From Verrucomicrobiales bacterium (GTDB lineage: Bacteria; Verrucomicrobiota; Verrucomicrobiia; Verrucomicrobiales; SLCJ01): a stretch of 64,000 nucleotides of DNA. The position numbers and the translations under genes are program-made. Under the pieces are notes generated by a model, which had not been told where the DNA came from, ran no database searches, and worked only from the letters and a program-made list of their open reading frames with translations. Positions 1 through 10,152 of the stretch are shown here, piece by piece (the first letter of the stretch is position 1; the number at the start of each line of letters is the position of its first letter). Location: assembly GCA_046075565.1 (NCBI GenBank), contig JBJTQJ010000119.1, positions 41,377 through 105,376 on the forward strand, read 5' to 3'.

Positions 1-149
1 GTGGCGCTCCCGCCAAGATCAATCTTTATGTCGGCAAAACCGCCGTGCAATTCAACATCCCGGAAGATCAAGCCGTGGATCGATTGATCGACCTCATCAA
101 ATCGCACGACCGGTGGGTGGAACCACCGCCTGTGCCCGCCGAAGCGTGA
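1..149 (+). CDS. ispG: 3' end of (E)-4-hydroxy-3-methylbut-2-enyl-diphosphate synthase (partial)
   Basis: Frame from nt 3 reads GAPAKINLYVGKTAVQFNIPEDQAVDRLIDLIKSHDRWVEPP...*, matching the C-terminus of long-form IspG; stop TGA 147-149 overlaps the next GTG. Confidence 0.8.
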   Translation, partial: GAPAKINLYVGKTAVQFNIPEDQAVDRLIDLIKSHDRWVEPPPVPAEA

Positions 150-895
150 CCGCTTCTCTGCTGCCTCCCGTCCTTGCCGTTCCCGGTGCCGTCTCCGGCC
201 CGGCGCCACTCGCCGCCGCCCTCGAGGAAATTTTTCCCGGCCGGGAAATCCACGTGATCGACCCCCTGGCTTTTGCTGTTGGCGATGAGGTGAATTTCAG
301 CACATGGACACGGGACTTTCTCGACGCCATTCCGAAAGGATCGCCCGCCTTGTTATTCGGATATTCCATGGGAGCACGGCTTGCTCTCCATGCCTTGCGC
401 GCTGATCCCTCGCGCTGGGTTTCTGCGGTCCTGGTGTCCGGTCATCCCGGTCTTGCCAATGCGGAAGAAAAAGCCGCGCGTGCTCGTGAAGATGAAACCT
501 GGGTCCGTCGCGCGGAATCCGATCCTTGGTCCCAGTTTCTTGCCGAGTGGGAGGCCCGACCGGTCTTCCAAACCGGCATTCCACCCCGCGATTGGAAGCC
601 AAGCCTGGCCCGGAGTTGGGAAGAAGATCGGCTCGCCCTTGAGGCCCGCCGGGCCGTCGTTGCTAGTTCGCTGCGCGCTTGGTCGCTCGGACAGCAGGGC
701 GACTTCCATTCCTTCCTTTCCCAATGCTCCGTGCCCATCACGTGGGTCACCGGGGCGCTCGACGAAAAATTCACCCGGCTCGGTCGCGAATTAGCCGCCA
801 CTTGCCCATGCATCACCCACACCATCGTGCCCGGAGTCGGTCATCGGGTGCCGTGGGAAGACACAAATGGCGCTTGCCTTGGGAGTGTCTCCTGA
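146..895 (+). CDS. menH: alpha/beta hydrolase, MenH-like (SHCHC synthase)
   Basis: GYSMG nucleophile elbow, 'R...DE.W', 'G..D.KF', GHRVPWE; start placed at the GTGA overlap with ispG. Confidence 0.65.
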   Translation: MTASLLPPVLAVPGAVSGPAPLAAALEEIFPGREIHVIDPLAFAVGDEVNFSTWTRDFLDAIPKGSPALLFGYSMGARLALHALRADPSRWVSAVLVSGHPGLANAEEKAARAREDETWVRRAESDPWSQFLAEWEARPVFQTGIPPRDWKPSLARSWEEDRLALEARRAVVASSLRAWSLGQQGDFHSFLSQCSVPITWVTGALDEKFTRLGRELAATCPCITHTIVPGVGHRVPWEDTNGACLGSVS

Positions 896-949
896 ATCTC
901 GCCGTGAACGAACCCAAAGAAGACGTCGCTCGCATCGGCGGTGAGGAGG

Positions 950-3901
950 TCACTTCCACGTGCCGGTTGCTCGCATGGGAGAATGCAGCGTCACGGGGCC
1001 AAGCAGTCCGGAGGGAAGAAGGGGAGATTTGGGATTGAATTTCCCCAGGATATTGGTGCGGGTGACGCGATCCTCCGGCTTGGCATTGAGGTCACCGACG
1101 ATGCGGTTGTTCCACGTGTTGACGACGGTGATCTCAAGTTGGTTTTGACCCGGCTTCACGAACGGAGCGATGTCGATGCGGCGTGGTTCTTTCCAGAGAA
1201 TCCCGGCTTGTTTGCCATTCACGGCCACCACGGCGACCTCCTTGACTGTGCCCAGATCGAGAAAAAGTGGTTCACCTTTGGCGAATGTATCGAGAGTGAT
1301 TGTCCGGTGATACGTCGCGCCACTGGAGAAATACTTGACCCCGGGATTCGCATTCCGGGTCCAGTCTTCGAGCGTCTCCATGATGATGGATTCCGGAGCC
1401 CCCCGCTCCTTGGGGAATGTGATCTTCCATGGACCATCGATCCTCCGTGGTTCAGGGACATCGCGAACGACCAATGATCCCTTGCGCCCGAAGAAGGTGG
1501 TGATTTCCCATGTGCCTGTTCGCCAAGCGCGGGCGGTCAGTTGCTTGTCGTCGATGGAAAGCAATTCCAGGCGCGGAGAAGCTTTGGCCGGCGAGGAAGC
1601 TTTGATTTCCACCACATGTTCGCTCTTTTCGTCGGGACCGAAAACCACGAAGATCGAGGAGGCGGGCGCGAGGTCGAGGGTGACCCAAGTGAAGCCATCT
1701 TTGGTCTCATATGCCAGACAGGGTTTCACGCTTCCATCCTCCGCAATCCAGAAGCTGGGGACGCGGTTCACGCCCGCGCGGAAGCGACAACGCACGCTCT
1801 GGTGTTCGAGGGAGCTGTTGGATACAAAGTAAATGTCTTCGGTTTCGGTCGCGCGGTGAATGTAGTCGATGATGTGTCCGCTATTGTCGATGCCTTCCGG
1901 CACGAAGTCGCGCTCCACACCCATGTTCGCCAGCACTCGCCCGAGCGGGAAATTCCAGACGATTTTGCCTTTGCCATGGTTTCGGGTTTTTACCTTTTCT
2001 CCATCACAGTCTCCCCAGATCCGGTCGGCGAGTTCTCGGACTTCTTGATCGCATTCGGGATACCCGCGCAGGCTGTTCGAGCGCTCGGGTTTTGGTCCGA
2101 TGATGGTGGCACCGGCTTCGATGAACTCGCCGAGTTTCTTGAGCAAGGAAGGTGAAATGGTTTTCCTGTCGGGCAAGACCATCATGCGGTAACGAATGCC
2201 ATTCGGCAGAACGAGTTTTCCATCCTCTACTGTCATGCGGGTTAGAATCACTTCCTCGTTGAGGTAGTCGTAGTCATATCCCTCGCCGAGCGAGTCGAGG
2301 TTCACCGGCTTCAGTCGCCCGCAATGGGCGCATTTGTCATCGGGCCATTGGGACTTGATCGTCGGGGCAATCCGGCGTGCGGGGACGAGGTTGGGGGCTT
2401 CGTCGCCATAATAAACGCAGATATCCGCCACGAATTTTCCCTGCTGCAGCAAGTGGCAGGCGCGCGACATGTCTTCGAGCATCGGTCCGGCCTGTTTCCA
2501 CCAGGTGTTGTTCACGTTGAAATGTTCGCCCGCGTGGTAGGCGTTGCCAGGGAGTCCGGCGGAAGGGGGGTTGTGCGAAAACGTGTGAAAGTAAACCTGG
2601 TTGAGGCCGGCGCAGAGCGCGATGTCCAGAAGGCGTTTGTAGGCGGAGGGGCCATCCTGCCAGTTCTGCCAACCGGTGAACGATTCGGCGGCCACGAACT
2701 TCCTGTCGTAGATGTTGGCGGCGCTGGCGGCTTCCTTGGTTACCCAGTTCTTCCTATGGTTCCAGAATTCGCCCATGGGAATATCGGCCGCGCCGAGGGC
2801 CTTGAGCGGATCAACACGCGGATGACCGCCATGCCCACCTTCGGCGAGCAATTGCAGGCCGCGTTGGTTGAGTAATTCGCGGCAGCGCGCGAAGTGGTTG
2901 TCCACCATGAGGTCGCTGACCATTTTCCTGTAGTCGTGCTCGAAGCGTGCGCTCAACTCCTTGTCGGCGACCGTCCATCCGGCGAGCACCGGCAGCCATG
3001 GCACGGGATCGTAGCCATTGCGTTTGGTGAACTCCGAGACAAAGTCCGGCGTCCAATCGATTCCAGGGCGGACCTCGTAACTGTCCAGCATCAGCCTCTT
3101 CATGGGGCCGTAGTCCTGACGACTCTCCTTGAGTTTGTCGAGGATATGGACCAAATAGGAATCGGTAGCCTCCTTGCTCAGGTGGTCGATGACCAATCCT
3201 TTGGAATTCGGGCTCGGGCAGTTGAGAAACTCGCCGGTGTTGTTGCGGACGAAGCGCAGGATGCGCCACGCTCCGGCGGGCACATCCCATTGCAACATGC
3301 CACCAGTGCTCATACTGGAATCAAGGCGAATCGGGGTTGTCGCCGAGGCGACGGTTTTCGCGGAATCGTCCGGCACGGCCAGCACCGCCACATCCTCATG
3401 GTGTTCGGTGGTTTTCTCCGGCAGGGGAAGTGGCCCGGAAAACGAGCGCGGGCCATCGACCTTCAGCTCGCTGATCAGCAAAGCCTTGCTGCCGTCCTTT
3501 GGGGTGATCCAGGTGCCGCCCGCGTTCCAACTGCTGGAAGCGAACAGGCCGAGTTCAAGTCCGAGGCGCGCGGCCTCGTCCATGGCATGATGGATGGCCT
3601 TGAGCGATTCCGGCCCGAGGAATTGCGGTCCCGCGGGGATCATGTGGTCCGGATTGATGAGGCTGCCGACATCCCAGATGATGGCGCCACGCATGCCATT
3701 GGCTTTCATTTCCTCCAGCTCGCGGGTGATCTGCTTGTGATCCACATGACCATTGAGCCATGACCACAAGCATGACGGGCGTGCCTGAAGTGGTGGGTTG
3801 CGGAATTCCTCGCGCGAGAGCTGGGCGGAGAGCGGAAGAGGCGAGAAAAGGGTGGCCGAAACCGACAGGATCGCGGCAAGTGGCAAATGAAGTGATCTCA
3901 T
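950..3901 (-). CDS. secreted GH106-like alpha-L-rhamnosidase
   Basis: Signal peptide, F.NPP..ARP...W.W.NG, DSYE, DIPMGEFW, AAESFT, C-terminal GH2-like sugar-binding domain ending LLPSGLLGPV. Confidence 0.85.
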   Translation of the reverse strand: MRSLHLPLAAILSVSATLFSPLPLSAQLSREEFRNPPLQARPSCLWSWLNGHVDHKQITRELEEMKANGMRGAIIWDVGSLINPDHMIPAGPQFLGPESLKAIHHAMDEAARLGLELGLFASSSWNAGGTWITPKDGSKALLISELKVDGPRSFSGPLPLPEKTTEHHEDVAVLAVPDDSAKTVASATTPIRLDSSMSTGGMLQWDVPAGAWRILRFVRNNTGEFLNCPSPNSKGLVIDHLSKEATDSYLVHILDKLKESRQDYGPMKRLMLDSYEVRPGIDWTPDFVSEFTKRNGYDPVPWLPVLAGWTVADKELSARFEHDYRKMVSDLMVDNHFARCRELLNQRGLQLLAEGGHGGHPRVDPLKALGAADIPMGEFWNHRKNWVTKEAASAANIYDRKFVAAESFTGWQNWQDGPSAYKRLLDIALCAGLNQVYFHTFSHNPPSAGLPGNAYHAGEHFNVNNTWWKQAGPMLEDMSRACHLLQQGKFVADICVYYGDEAPNLVPARRIAPTIKSQWPDDKCAHCGRLKPVNLDSLGEGYDYDYLNEEVILTRMTVEDGKLVLPNGIRYRMMVLPDRKTISPSLLKKLGEFIEAGATIIGPKPERSNSLRGYPECDQEVRELADRIWGDCDGEKVKTRNHGKGKIVWNFPLGRVLANMGVERDFVPEGIDNSGHIIDYIHRATETEDIYFVSNSSLEHQSVRCRFRAGVNRVPSFWIAEDGSVKPCLAYETKDGFTWVTLDLAPASSIFVVFGPDEKSEHVVEIKASSPAKASPRLELLSIDDKQLTARAWRTGTWEITTFFGRKGSLVVRDVPEPRRIDGPWKITFPKERGAPESIIMETLEDWTRNANPGVKYFSSGATYHRTITLDTFAKGEPLFLDLGTVKEVAVVAVNGKQAGILWKEPRRIDIAPFVKPGQNQLEITVVNTWNNRIVGDLNAKPEDRVTRTNILGKFNPKSPLLPSGLLGPVTLHSPMRATGTWK

Positions 3902-4014
3902 GGGACGGACGCTCGGGAATACTGGAGCATCGGGAAAAATACAAGCGGGCACCGGCGATTCCTTCGCAACATCCCGGTTGCCAGCTCCGCTGATTTGGCG
4001 CTAGCCCGCGAGCC

Positions 4015-4890
4015 TCACTGCTTTTGCGGAGCATCCTCCACCGGCCACACTTTGCCCGACATCTCCCGCCAAGCCTTCATCGAGCGCCCCAGATTGCTTT
4101 TGGCATCGCCGCCAATCCCAAAATGTTGTAGTCCGATCGGCCCCTTCCAATTGAGTTCGGCGAGTTTGGCCAGCACTTTTCCGACATCGTAAGTGCCTGT
4201 ATCCAAGGGCTGGATCAACTTCTTCCAGTCTTTGCCGTCTTCATCCGCACCGTTGATCGTGACTATGGTGAGATAAGGCAGCGCCTCACGCAACCGGGCA
4301 TCGAGGTCGTTGCCCTCGACCTTGAGCCAATGGCAAAGGTTGAAGGTGACGCCGAAGTTCTTGCGCTCGACCTGACGGGCCAGCCGCACGCAATGATCGA
4401 AGCGTTCGAGCCAATCGGAGAAATGGGGATAGAGCGAAATACGAACCCCGGCCTGCGCGGCGAGATCGGCCACTTCGCGGAGAATGGGCACCGCCTTGGC
4501 ATCGCCGGCGGGGTCCGAGGGCGGCTGGGCTTTGGATTTCACAAACAGCCAGATCACCGCATCCCGGTCGCGAAGTTGCTCGATGGCATTGCGGATGGCG
4601 GGGCCGATCGGCTCGGGCGAGTCGATGTCCAGCGGCACATAGAGGGCGAACATCTTGAGCTTGTGCCTGTCGAGTGCGGCAATAACTTCGCGCAAGTCCT
4701 CCGGGCCGCGATAGGTCGGGCCGAGGCCGGCGAAGCCGAGCTCTTTGACAAGGGCGACCTGCTCTTCGGCCGTCTTGTGGGCGGCATCCCGCGTTCCGGT
4801 ATCCATGGCGAAAAATTCGGGAGTGGTAGCCCGTGCCATGATGAGCGAACCAGCGAGAGCAAGGAGGGTGGCGATGACTTGTCGTTTCAT
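4015..4890 (-). CDS. secreted sugar-phosphate isomerase/epimerase family protein (xylose isomerase-like TIM barrel)
   Basis: Signal peptide; YPH, FNLCHWLK, INGAD, IQPLD.G.YD motifs; ATGA overlap with the upstream oxidoreductase. Confidence 0.75.
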   Translation of the reverse strand: MKRQVIATLLALAGSLIMARATTPEFFAMDTGTRDAAHKTAEEQVALVKELGFAGLGPTYRGPEDLREVIAALDRHKLKMFALYVPLDIDSPEPIGPAIRNAIEQLRDRDAVIWLFVKSKAQPPSDPAGDAKAVPILREVADLAAQAGVRISLYPHFSDWLERFDHCVRLARQVERKNFGVTFNLCHWLKVEGNDLDARLREALPYLTIVTINGADEDGKDWKKLIQPLDTGTYDVGKVLAKLAELNWKGPIGLQHFGIGGDAKSNLGRSMKAWREMSGKVWPVEDAPQKQ

Positions 4891-6155
4891 GCTTTTAGTT
4901 CAGTTAGATCCACTTCCAATTTTCTATTTTCCCTGAGCAATTTTTCCATAGTCAATGTGATGTTTCGCGCGGCGGCCTCCCGGCCGAGGATGCAAGTTAG
5001 GCAACCATCTACGGAACGGCGGACGGTTTCGTTGGAAAAGCCACCATCAGTGACCTGTTGGTAAAACGTGGCGATGTTCCGGACCGCACCATTCTTATAA
5101 AGGTTATCGACGGGCCCTCCTTTGAATCTCAGCGGCCCGTCCCCGTGCAAATAGGCCTCTTTGTAGTAGTCCACTTGCGCGAGGTTTTTTGAACCATAAG
5201 CGACCGCCTTGATTGCGCCGGGAGTTGCGTTCGCAAGTCCTTGGCCAAAGTGGTTGTGCACCACGCCATTCGCATAGCTGAAAACAACAGAACAAACGTC
5301 GTGCGCATCTCCATTGGGATTCGGCCGCCCGATCCTCGAGTTTCCGTAGGCTTTGATCGGCCGTTCTCCAATCAGCCAGAGCGCGGCATCGATGGCATGG
5401 ATATCGAAGTTGCCGATGTAGTCGCAACCAAGGGCGATGTCGTTGACCCAGACCAACCCGGTGAGGCGGCTTTCCAGGTTGGGACCTCGCGGAGGGTCGG
5501 CGAATCCCCCGCAGATCCCGGTTGATTGGACATGTTGCAATGGACCGAACGCGGGATCGCGAACCCGTTTCACCACCTCGATATTCATTGGATCGGTGGG
5601 TATCTGATAATCCACGAGAAAGACCTTCTTTTGTTTTGTTGCCTCCGCGGCGGCGGCCTCGATGGCGAGGCAACCGGGCACGTCCACTGCCACCGGTTTG
5701 GCCATGAATACGTGCAGTCCTGCGGCCACGGCGGCGGCGGCGTGTTCCGGGAAAAAGTAAGGCGGGGTCTCGAGCAGAACCGCTTCCACCCCGCTTTCAA
5801 TGACCTTGCGAAATCCCGATAATCCGGAAAAGCAGCGTGCCTTGTCCACGCCCAGCGAAGCTCCGGCTTTTTCCGCCACGGGCTGGAAATAATCCGCGAC
5901 CGCATGGAATTCATATCCACCATGTTCCTTGAAAAGATTGGCAATCCATGAACCGCGACCACCGGCACCGATTAGACCAATCTTGATTTGGCGCCGGTTG
6001 GCGGAGGAGTCCTGCGCGTGCAGCCCTCGGGCAGAAATGGCGGCGGTGGCAGTGGCGAGGAGGAAAGCCCGCCGCGAGCGTGAAGCAGTTGATGAAGCCG
6101 CTGGTGTGACTTCGTTGCCGGGCAGGCCATCGGTTGGGGCGGAAAAGGGATCCAT
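4887..6155 (-). CDS. Tat-exported Gfo/Idh/MocA family oxidoreductase
   Basis: SRRAFL twin-arginine signal, IGLIGAGGRG Rossmann motif, TPPYF.PEH, AKP (EKP variant), IH.ID. Confidence 0.85.
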   Translation of the reverse strand: MDPFSAPTDGLPGNEVTPAASSTASRSRRAFLLATATAAISARGLHAQDSSANRRQIKIGLIGAGGRGSWIANLFKEHGGYEFHAVADYFQPVAEKAGASLGVDKARCFSGLSGFRKVIESGVEAVLLETPPYFFPEHAAAAVAAGLHVFMAKPVAVDVPGCLAIEAAAAEATKQKKVFLVDYQIPTDPMNIEVVKRVRDPAFGPLQHVQSTGICGGFADPPRGPNLESRLTGLVWVNDIALGCDYIGNFDIHAIDAALWLIGERPIKAYGNSRIGRPNPNGDAHDVCSVVFSYANGVVHNHFGQGLANATPGAIKAVAYGSKNLAQVDYYKEAYLHGDGPLRFKGGPVDNLYKNGAVRNIATFYQQVTDGGFSNETVRRSVDGCLTCILGREAAARNITLTMEKLLRENRKLEVDLTELKA

Positions 6156-6262
6156 TCTGGTAGAGGAATGATGTGGAAATGGCGGCAATCTGCAAAGCGT
6201 GCTAGACTGGCATCGTTTTAGAAAACGCCGCCAAGTCCTACCATCTTTCCCCCGTGCCCGCC

Positions 6263-9040
6263 ATGAAGATTTCTCTCGCCTTACTGATCCTCGCAACCCA
6301 CGCGTTGGTCGCCGCCGTTGAGCCCGTCGAGCTCCGTTGTGAATACCACGCCAATCCTGCCGCCATCGGAACCACTGAGCCGCGTTTCTCCTGGAAGCTC
6401 CGCTCCTCCGATCCCGAAGCCCGCGGTCTCGTGCAGACGGCCTACGAAATCGAGGTTTTGTCGGAGAACTCCGATACCAAGGGCAAACCGCTCTGGTCAT
6501 CCGGCAAAGTGGAATCGAATCAAACCGACCAGATTGTGTGGAAAGGGGAGCCGTTGGGTTCGCGTGACCGCGCCACATGGAAGGTGCGGGTATGGGATGG
6601 GAGCCAGAAGGCGCCCGCATGGAGCCAACCCGCGTCCTTCGGTGTGGGCTTGCTCGCGCCCGAAGACTGGCAGGCTCTCTGGATCAGCGCGCCCAAAGAT
6701 GAATCCTTCACCACCCGTGAGAACATCCAGAATTTCGTCAATGACCCGAAGCGCGGCGTGCTTACCGTCACGCCAGCGAAATACCTGCGTAAGGAATTTG
6801 CCACGAAAGCAATTGCCCGCGCGACCGTGCACGCGACCGCGTTGGGGGTCTTCACCCTCGAGATCAATGGTCAACGGGTTTCCGACGAACGACTCGCCCC
6901 CGGCTGGTCGGCTTATCAGCGCCGCATCCATTCTACGACCTATGATGTTACCAAACTGCTCAAGGAAGGCGACAATGCCATCGGTGCGACCCTGGCCGAT
7001 GGCTGGTATTCCGGTTATGTTGCCTACGGCTTGCTCACCGGTCAGGAAGGACTCGTGCCGGGTCTCGATGGCCGCTATTATTATGGCATCTCTCCGGCTG
7101 TTAGAGTTCAACTCGAAATCGAGCTGGCCGACGGAGCCAGGCAAACCATCATCACGGATACGAGTTGGAAATCCTCGACCGGACCGATCACCGAGTCGGA
7201 TATCCTGATGGGTGAATCCTACGACGCCCGCAAGGAGATACCGGGCTGGTCAACTCCCGGTTTTGATGACTCCTCATGGGCCCAGGCGGTCGTGAAAACC
7301 GGTAGCCATGCCAAAGTCGAACCCCATCCCGGGGTGCCCGTGCGCACCATCGAGGAGATTTCTCCGAAGTCGGTCACCGAACACAAGCCCGGTGTCTTCA
7401 TCTTCGACCTCGGGCAGAATATTTCCGGTGTTGTCCGGCTCAAGGTCAAGGGCAAAGCCGGTGACAAAGTGACGATCCGGCATGCGGAAATGCTCCACAA
7501 TGATGGGCGTCTCAGCACGGAAAACCTCCGATGTGCCCGTGCCGTCGACACCTACACTCTCAAAGGTGATCCACAGGGCGAGATCTGGACGCCGGAGTTC
7601 ACCTATCATGGGTTCCAATTCGTCGAGCTGACGGGCTTTCCTGGCACACCCGACAAGGATGCCGTCACTGGAATCGTCATTCATTCGGACACTCCTTACC
7701 ACGGTCACTTCGAGTGCTCGGACCCCATGCTCAATCGTCTTTACCAGAACATGGTCTGGACACAACGCGCGAACTTCTTCGAGATGCCGACCGATTGTCC
7801 GCAGCGCGATGAACGTATGGGCTGGACCGGTGACGCGCAAATTTACGTGCGTGCCGCCACCTTCAATTCCGACATCGCTTCCTTCTACACGAAATGGCTG
7901 CGCGATCTCAACGACGACCAATGGGACTACGGCGCTTATCCGGCCTATGCGCCACGTCCGCTGGCCCGCCCGAACGAACACCATGCCGCCGGCTGGATGG
8001 ACGCCGGGATCATTTGCCCGTGGACGATCTGGCAGGTCTATGGCGACACGCGTGTGATCACCGAACACTGGAAGAAGATGCAGGACTTCATGGCCTGGCG
8101 GAAACTCCGCGACCCTGAACTCGACGGAGCGACCGACGACTGCAACTTCGGCGACTGGCTTTCCCTCGGCAATGTGAAGACGCCGATCCAGTTCATCGAT
8201 TTGGCCTATCATTCTTACTGCGCCAAACTCATGGCCGAAATGGCGGAAGCCATCGGGCAGAAAAAACAAGCGGATGACTACCGCAAACACGCCGAGAAGG
8301 TCGCGAACGCTTTCCGGAAAATTTATCTCAAGCCCGATGGTTCGCTCACCATCCACAACCAGACCGCCTATGCGATGGCCCTCTTCATGGGCATCATCCC
8401 CGAAGAGGGGAAATCCGCCGCCGCCAACCACCTTGCCAAGTTGATCAATGACAATGGAAACAAGATGACCACCGGCTTTCTCGGCACCCGCCCGCTCCTG
8501 CCCGCGCTCTCGGCCCATGGTCATCATGATCTCGCCGGCATCCTCATGCTTCAGCGTGAGTTTCCGAGTTGGGGTTATGAGGTAGACAACGGTGCCACCA
8601 CCATATGGGAACGCTGGAACTCGTATGTCAAAGGCAAGGGCGTGCACACGCCGGAGATGAACTCATTTTCCCACTATGCCTTTGGTGCGGTTTGTGAATG
8701 GATGATGTCCGAACTCGGCGGCATTGATCGTGCCGCTCCCGGGTTTGATCGCGCTCGCATCGCACCGCGGCCCATTGCCGGCATCACCTCCGCTTCCGCG
8801 GGTATGGAAACCCGCCATGGAAAACTCGCCTGCTCATGGAAAATCGATGGCGACACCTTCCATGTTGAACTCACCGTGCCGCCCAATACCACCGCCGATG
8901 TCGTGCTCCCGGTGACGGGTCCCATCCGGGAAGGCAAGGCAGACCTTGTGCTCACGAAGGGCGTGCTGGATCATAAGGAAAAGCACCTCACCATTGGCTC
9001 GGGAACCTATCGCCTGAGCGGGAAATTCCAGCAAGAGTGA
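6263..9040 (+). CDS. secreted GH78 alpha-L-rhamnosidase
   Basis: Signal peptide, LRCEY..NP..I....PRFSW, PTDCPQRDERMGWTGD, ATTIWERWN, MNSFSHY; alternative GTG start at 6254. Confidence 0.92.
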   Translation: MKISLALLILATHALVAAVEPVELRCEYHANPAAIGTTEPRFSWKLRSSDPEARGLVQTAYEIEVLSENSDTKGKPLWSSGKVESNQTDQIVWKGEPLGSRDRATWKVRVWDGSQKAPAWSQPASFGVGLLAPEDWQALWISAPKDESFTTRENIQNFVNDPKRGVLTVTPAKYLRKEFATKAIARATVHATALGVFTLEINGQRVSDERLAPGWSAYQRRIHSTTYDVTKLLKEGDNAIGATLADGWYSGYVAYGLLTGQEGLVPGLDGRYYYGISPAVRVQLEIELADGARQTIITDTSWKSSTGPITESDILMGESYDARKEIPGWSTPGFDDSSWAQAVVKTGSHAKVEPHPGVPVRTIEEISPKSVTEHKPGVFIFDLGQNISGVVRLKVKGKAGDKVTIRHAEMLHNDGRLSTENLRCARAVDTYTLKGDPQGEIWTPEFTYHGFQFVELTGFPGTPDKDAVTGIVIHSDTPYHGHFECSDPMLNRLYQNMVWTQRANFFEMPTDCPQRDERMGWTGDAQIYVRAATFNSDIASFYTKWLRDLNDDQWDYGAYPAYAPRPLARPNEHHAAGWMDAGIICPWTIWQVYGDTRVITEHWKKMQDFMAWRKLRDPELDGATDDCNFGDWLSLGNVKTPIQFIDLAYHSYCAKLMAEMAEAIGQKKQADDYRKHAEKVANAFRKIYLKPDGSLTIHNQTAYAMALFMGIIPEEGKSAAANHLAKLINDNGNKMTTGFLGTRPLLPALSAHGHHDLAGILMLQREFPSWGYEVDNGATTIWERWNSYVKGKGVHTPEMNSFSHYAFGAVCEWMMSELGGIDRAAPGFDRARIAPRPIAGITSASAGMETRHGKLACSWKIDGDTFHVELTVPPNTTADVVLPVTGPIREGKADLVLTKGVLDHKEKHLTIGSGTYRLSGKFQQE

Positions 9041-9134
9041 AGCCCCATTATTCAATGCTCTATCAGCTTGGCGCATGCGACTTACCACGAGAAGTTTGAG
9101 ATGTGCGGACTAGCCATCTCGCGGGGATTGCCCT

Positions 9135-9185
9135 ATCCCAAAGGGATTGTGGCCCGGGCTGTGAGACAGAACCCCGTTGGGGTTC
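9135..9185. repeat. pair of short palindromes (REP-like remnant)
   Basis: ATCCC-AAA-GGGAT (9135-9147) and GAACCCC-GTT-GGGGTTC (9169-9185) between convergent genes. Confidence 0.45.
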
Positions 9186-9344
9186 AATCCTTGCCTATCT
9201 CTGAGCCATCAAACGCCCTCCAGAGACCTGTCCTGTGCTATCCAGACATGACGGTCCCGGTGCGTGGAGACACAACCGGTGGCAAGAAGGCAGAGTGCGT
9301 TGAGAAGCAGGGCGAGGGATGCTCGTGCCATGGCCTCTTCGCCT

Positions 9345-10016
9345 TCACTTCTCCAGCTCGGTCATTTCGACTTTGCGGAACTCGACTTCCACGCCTTCGG
9401 CTTGGAGGGCGATTTTACCCTTGCTGGCGGTGGACTTGAAGCCGTGGTTCACGAGGGTGCCATTCACATGGACCTTGACCTCGTCGCCTTTGCATTCGAT
9501 TTCCATGGTGTTCCATTCGCCCACGGGTTTCTCCGAATCGTCGGTGAGGTTGATGATACGGCGGGCGTCTTTGGCTGTGCCACCGTAGGCCTGACCTTCT
9601 TTGCGCGGACGGCGTTTCTCCATGTCAGGCACCTCGATATTCTCGCCGATGCACCAGAAATCACCGGCGTTTTGGGACATCATCTGCACCTCAATGGATT
9701 TCGGGAACATGTTGTGGAGCACCCGCGGGGTGGAGGCGTGGACGAGGACGCCGCAATTACCTGGGCCATTCACGAAGCGGTATTCGACCACCAGTTTGTA
9801 GTCGGAGTATTCGGCATCCGTGATGAGGTGGCCGCCTGGCTTGCCCATGCTGACGAGCTTGCCATCGCGCACAATGAACGATGGGGGCACATCCGGCTTT
9901 TTGTCCGCCTCCGGCACGTCGACGTGCCAGCCGGTCAGGTCTTTGCCATTAAATAGGCTCTTCGGTTCGGCAGTGGCTACTGCCGCCAGCAGGAAAAAAG
10001 GGATAATCGCACGCAT
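9345..10016 (-). CDS. secreted DUF1080 (3-keto-disaccharide hydrolase family) protein
   Basis: SLFNGKDLTGW, GNCGV, EVQ, GEWN, G.IALQAEG..VEFR motifs; signal peptide. Confidence 0.9.
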   Translation of the reverse strand: MRAIIPFFLLAAVATAEPKSLFNGKDLTGWHVDVPEADKKPDVPPSFIVRDGKLVSMGKPGGHLITDAEYSDYKLVVEYRFVNGPGNCGVLVHASTPRVLHNMFPKSIEVQMMSQNAGDFWCIGENIEVPDMEKRRPRKEGQAYGGTAKDARRIINLTDDSEKPVGEWNTMEIECKGDEVKVHVNGTLVNHGFKSTASKGKIALQAEGVEVEFRKVEMTELEK

Positions 10017-10152
10017 GGCACCCGATACGCCAATCCCACGCCCCCGCCAAGCGGATTTTGCCGGTTTTCCCCCATCTCATGCGGGAAAAAGCGGAAAATC
10101 CGCCCACAGATCCGGCTTGCCAGCACTGGCGGGTGGGGTTTTCCTTAGGGCG

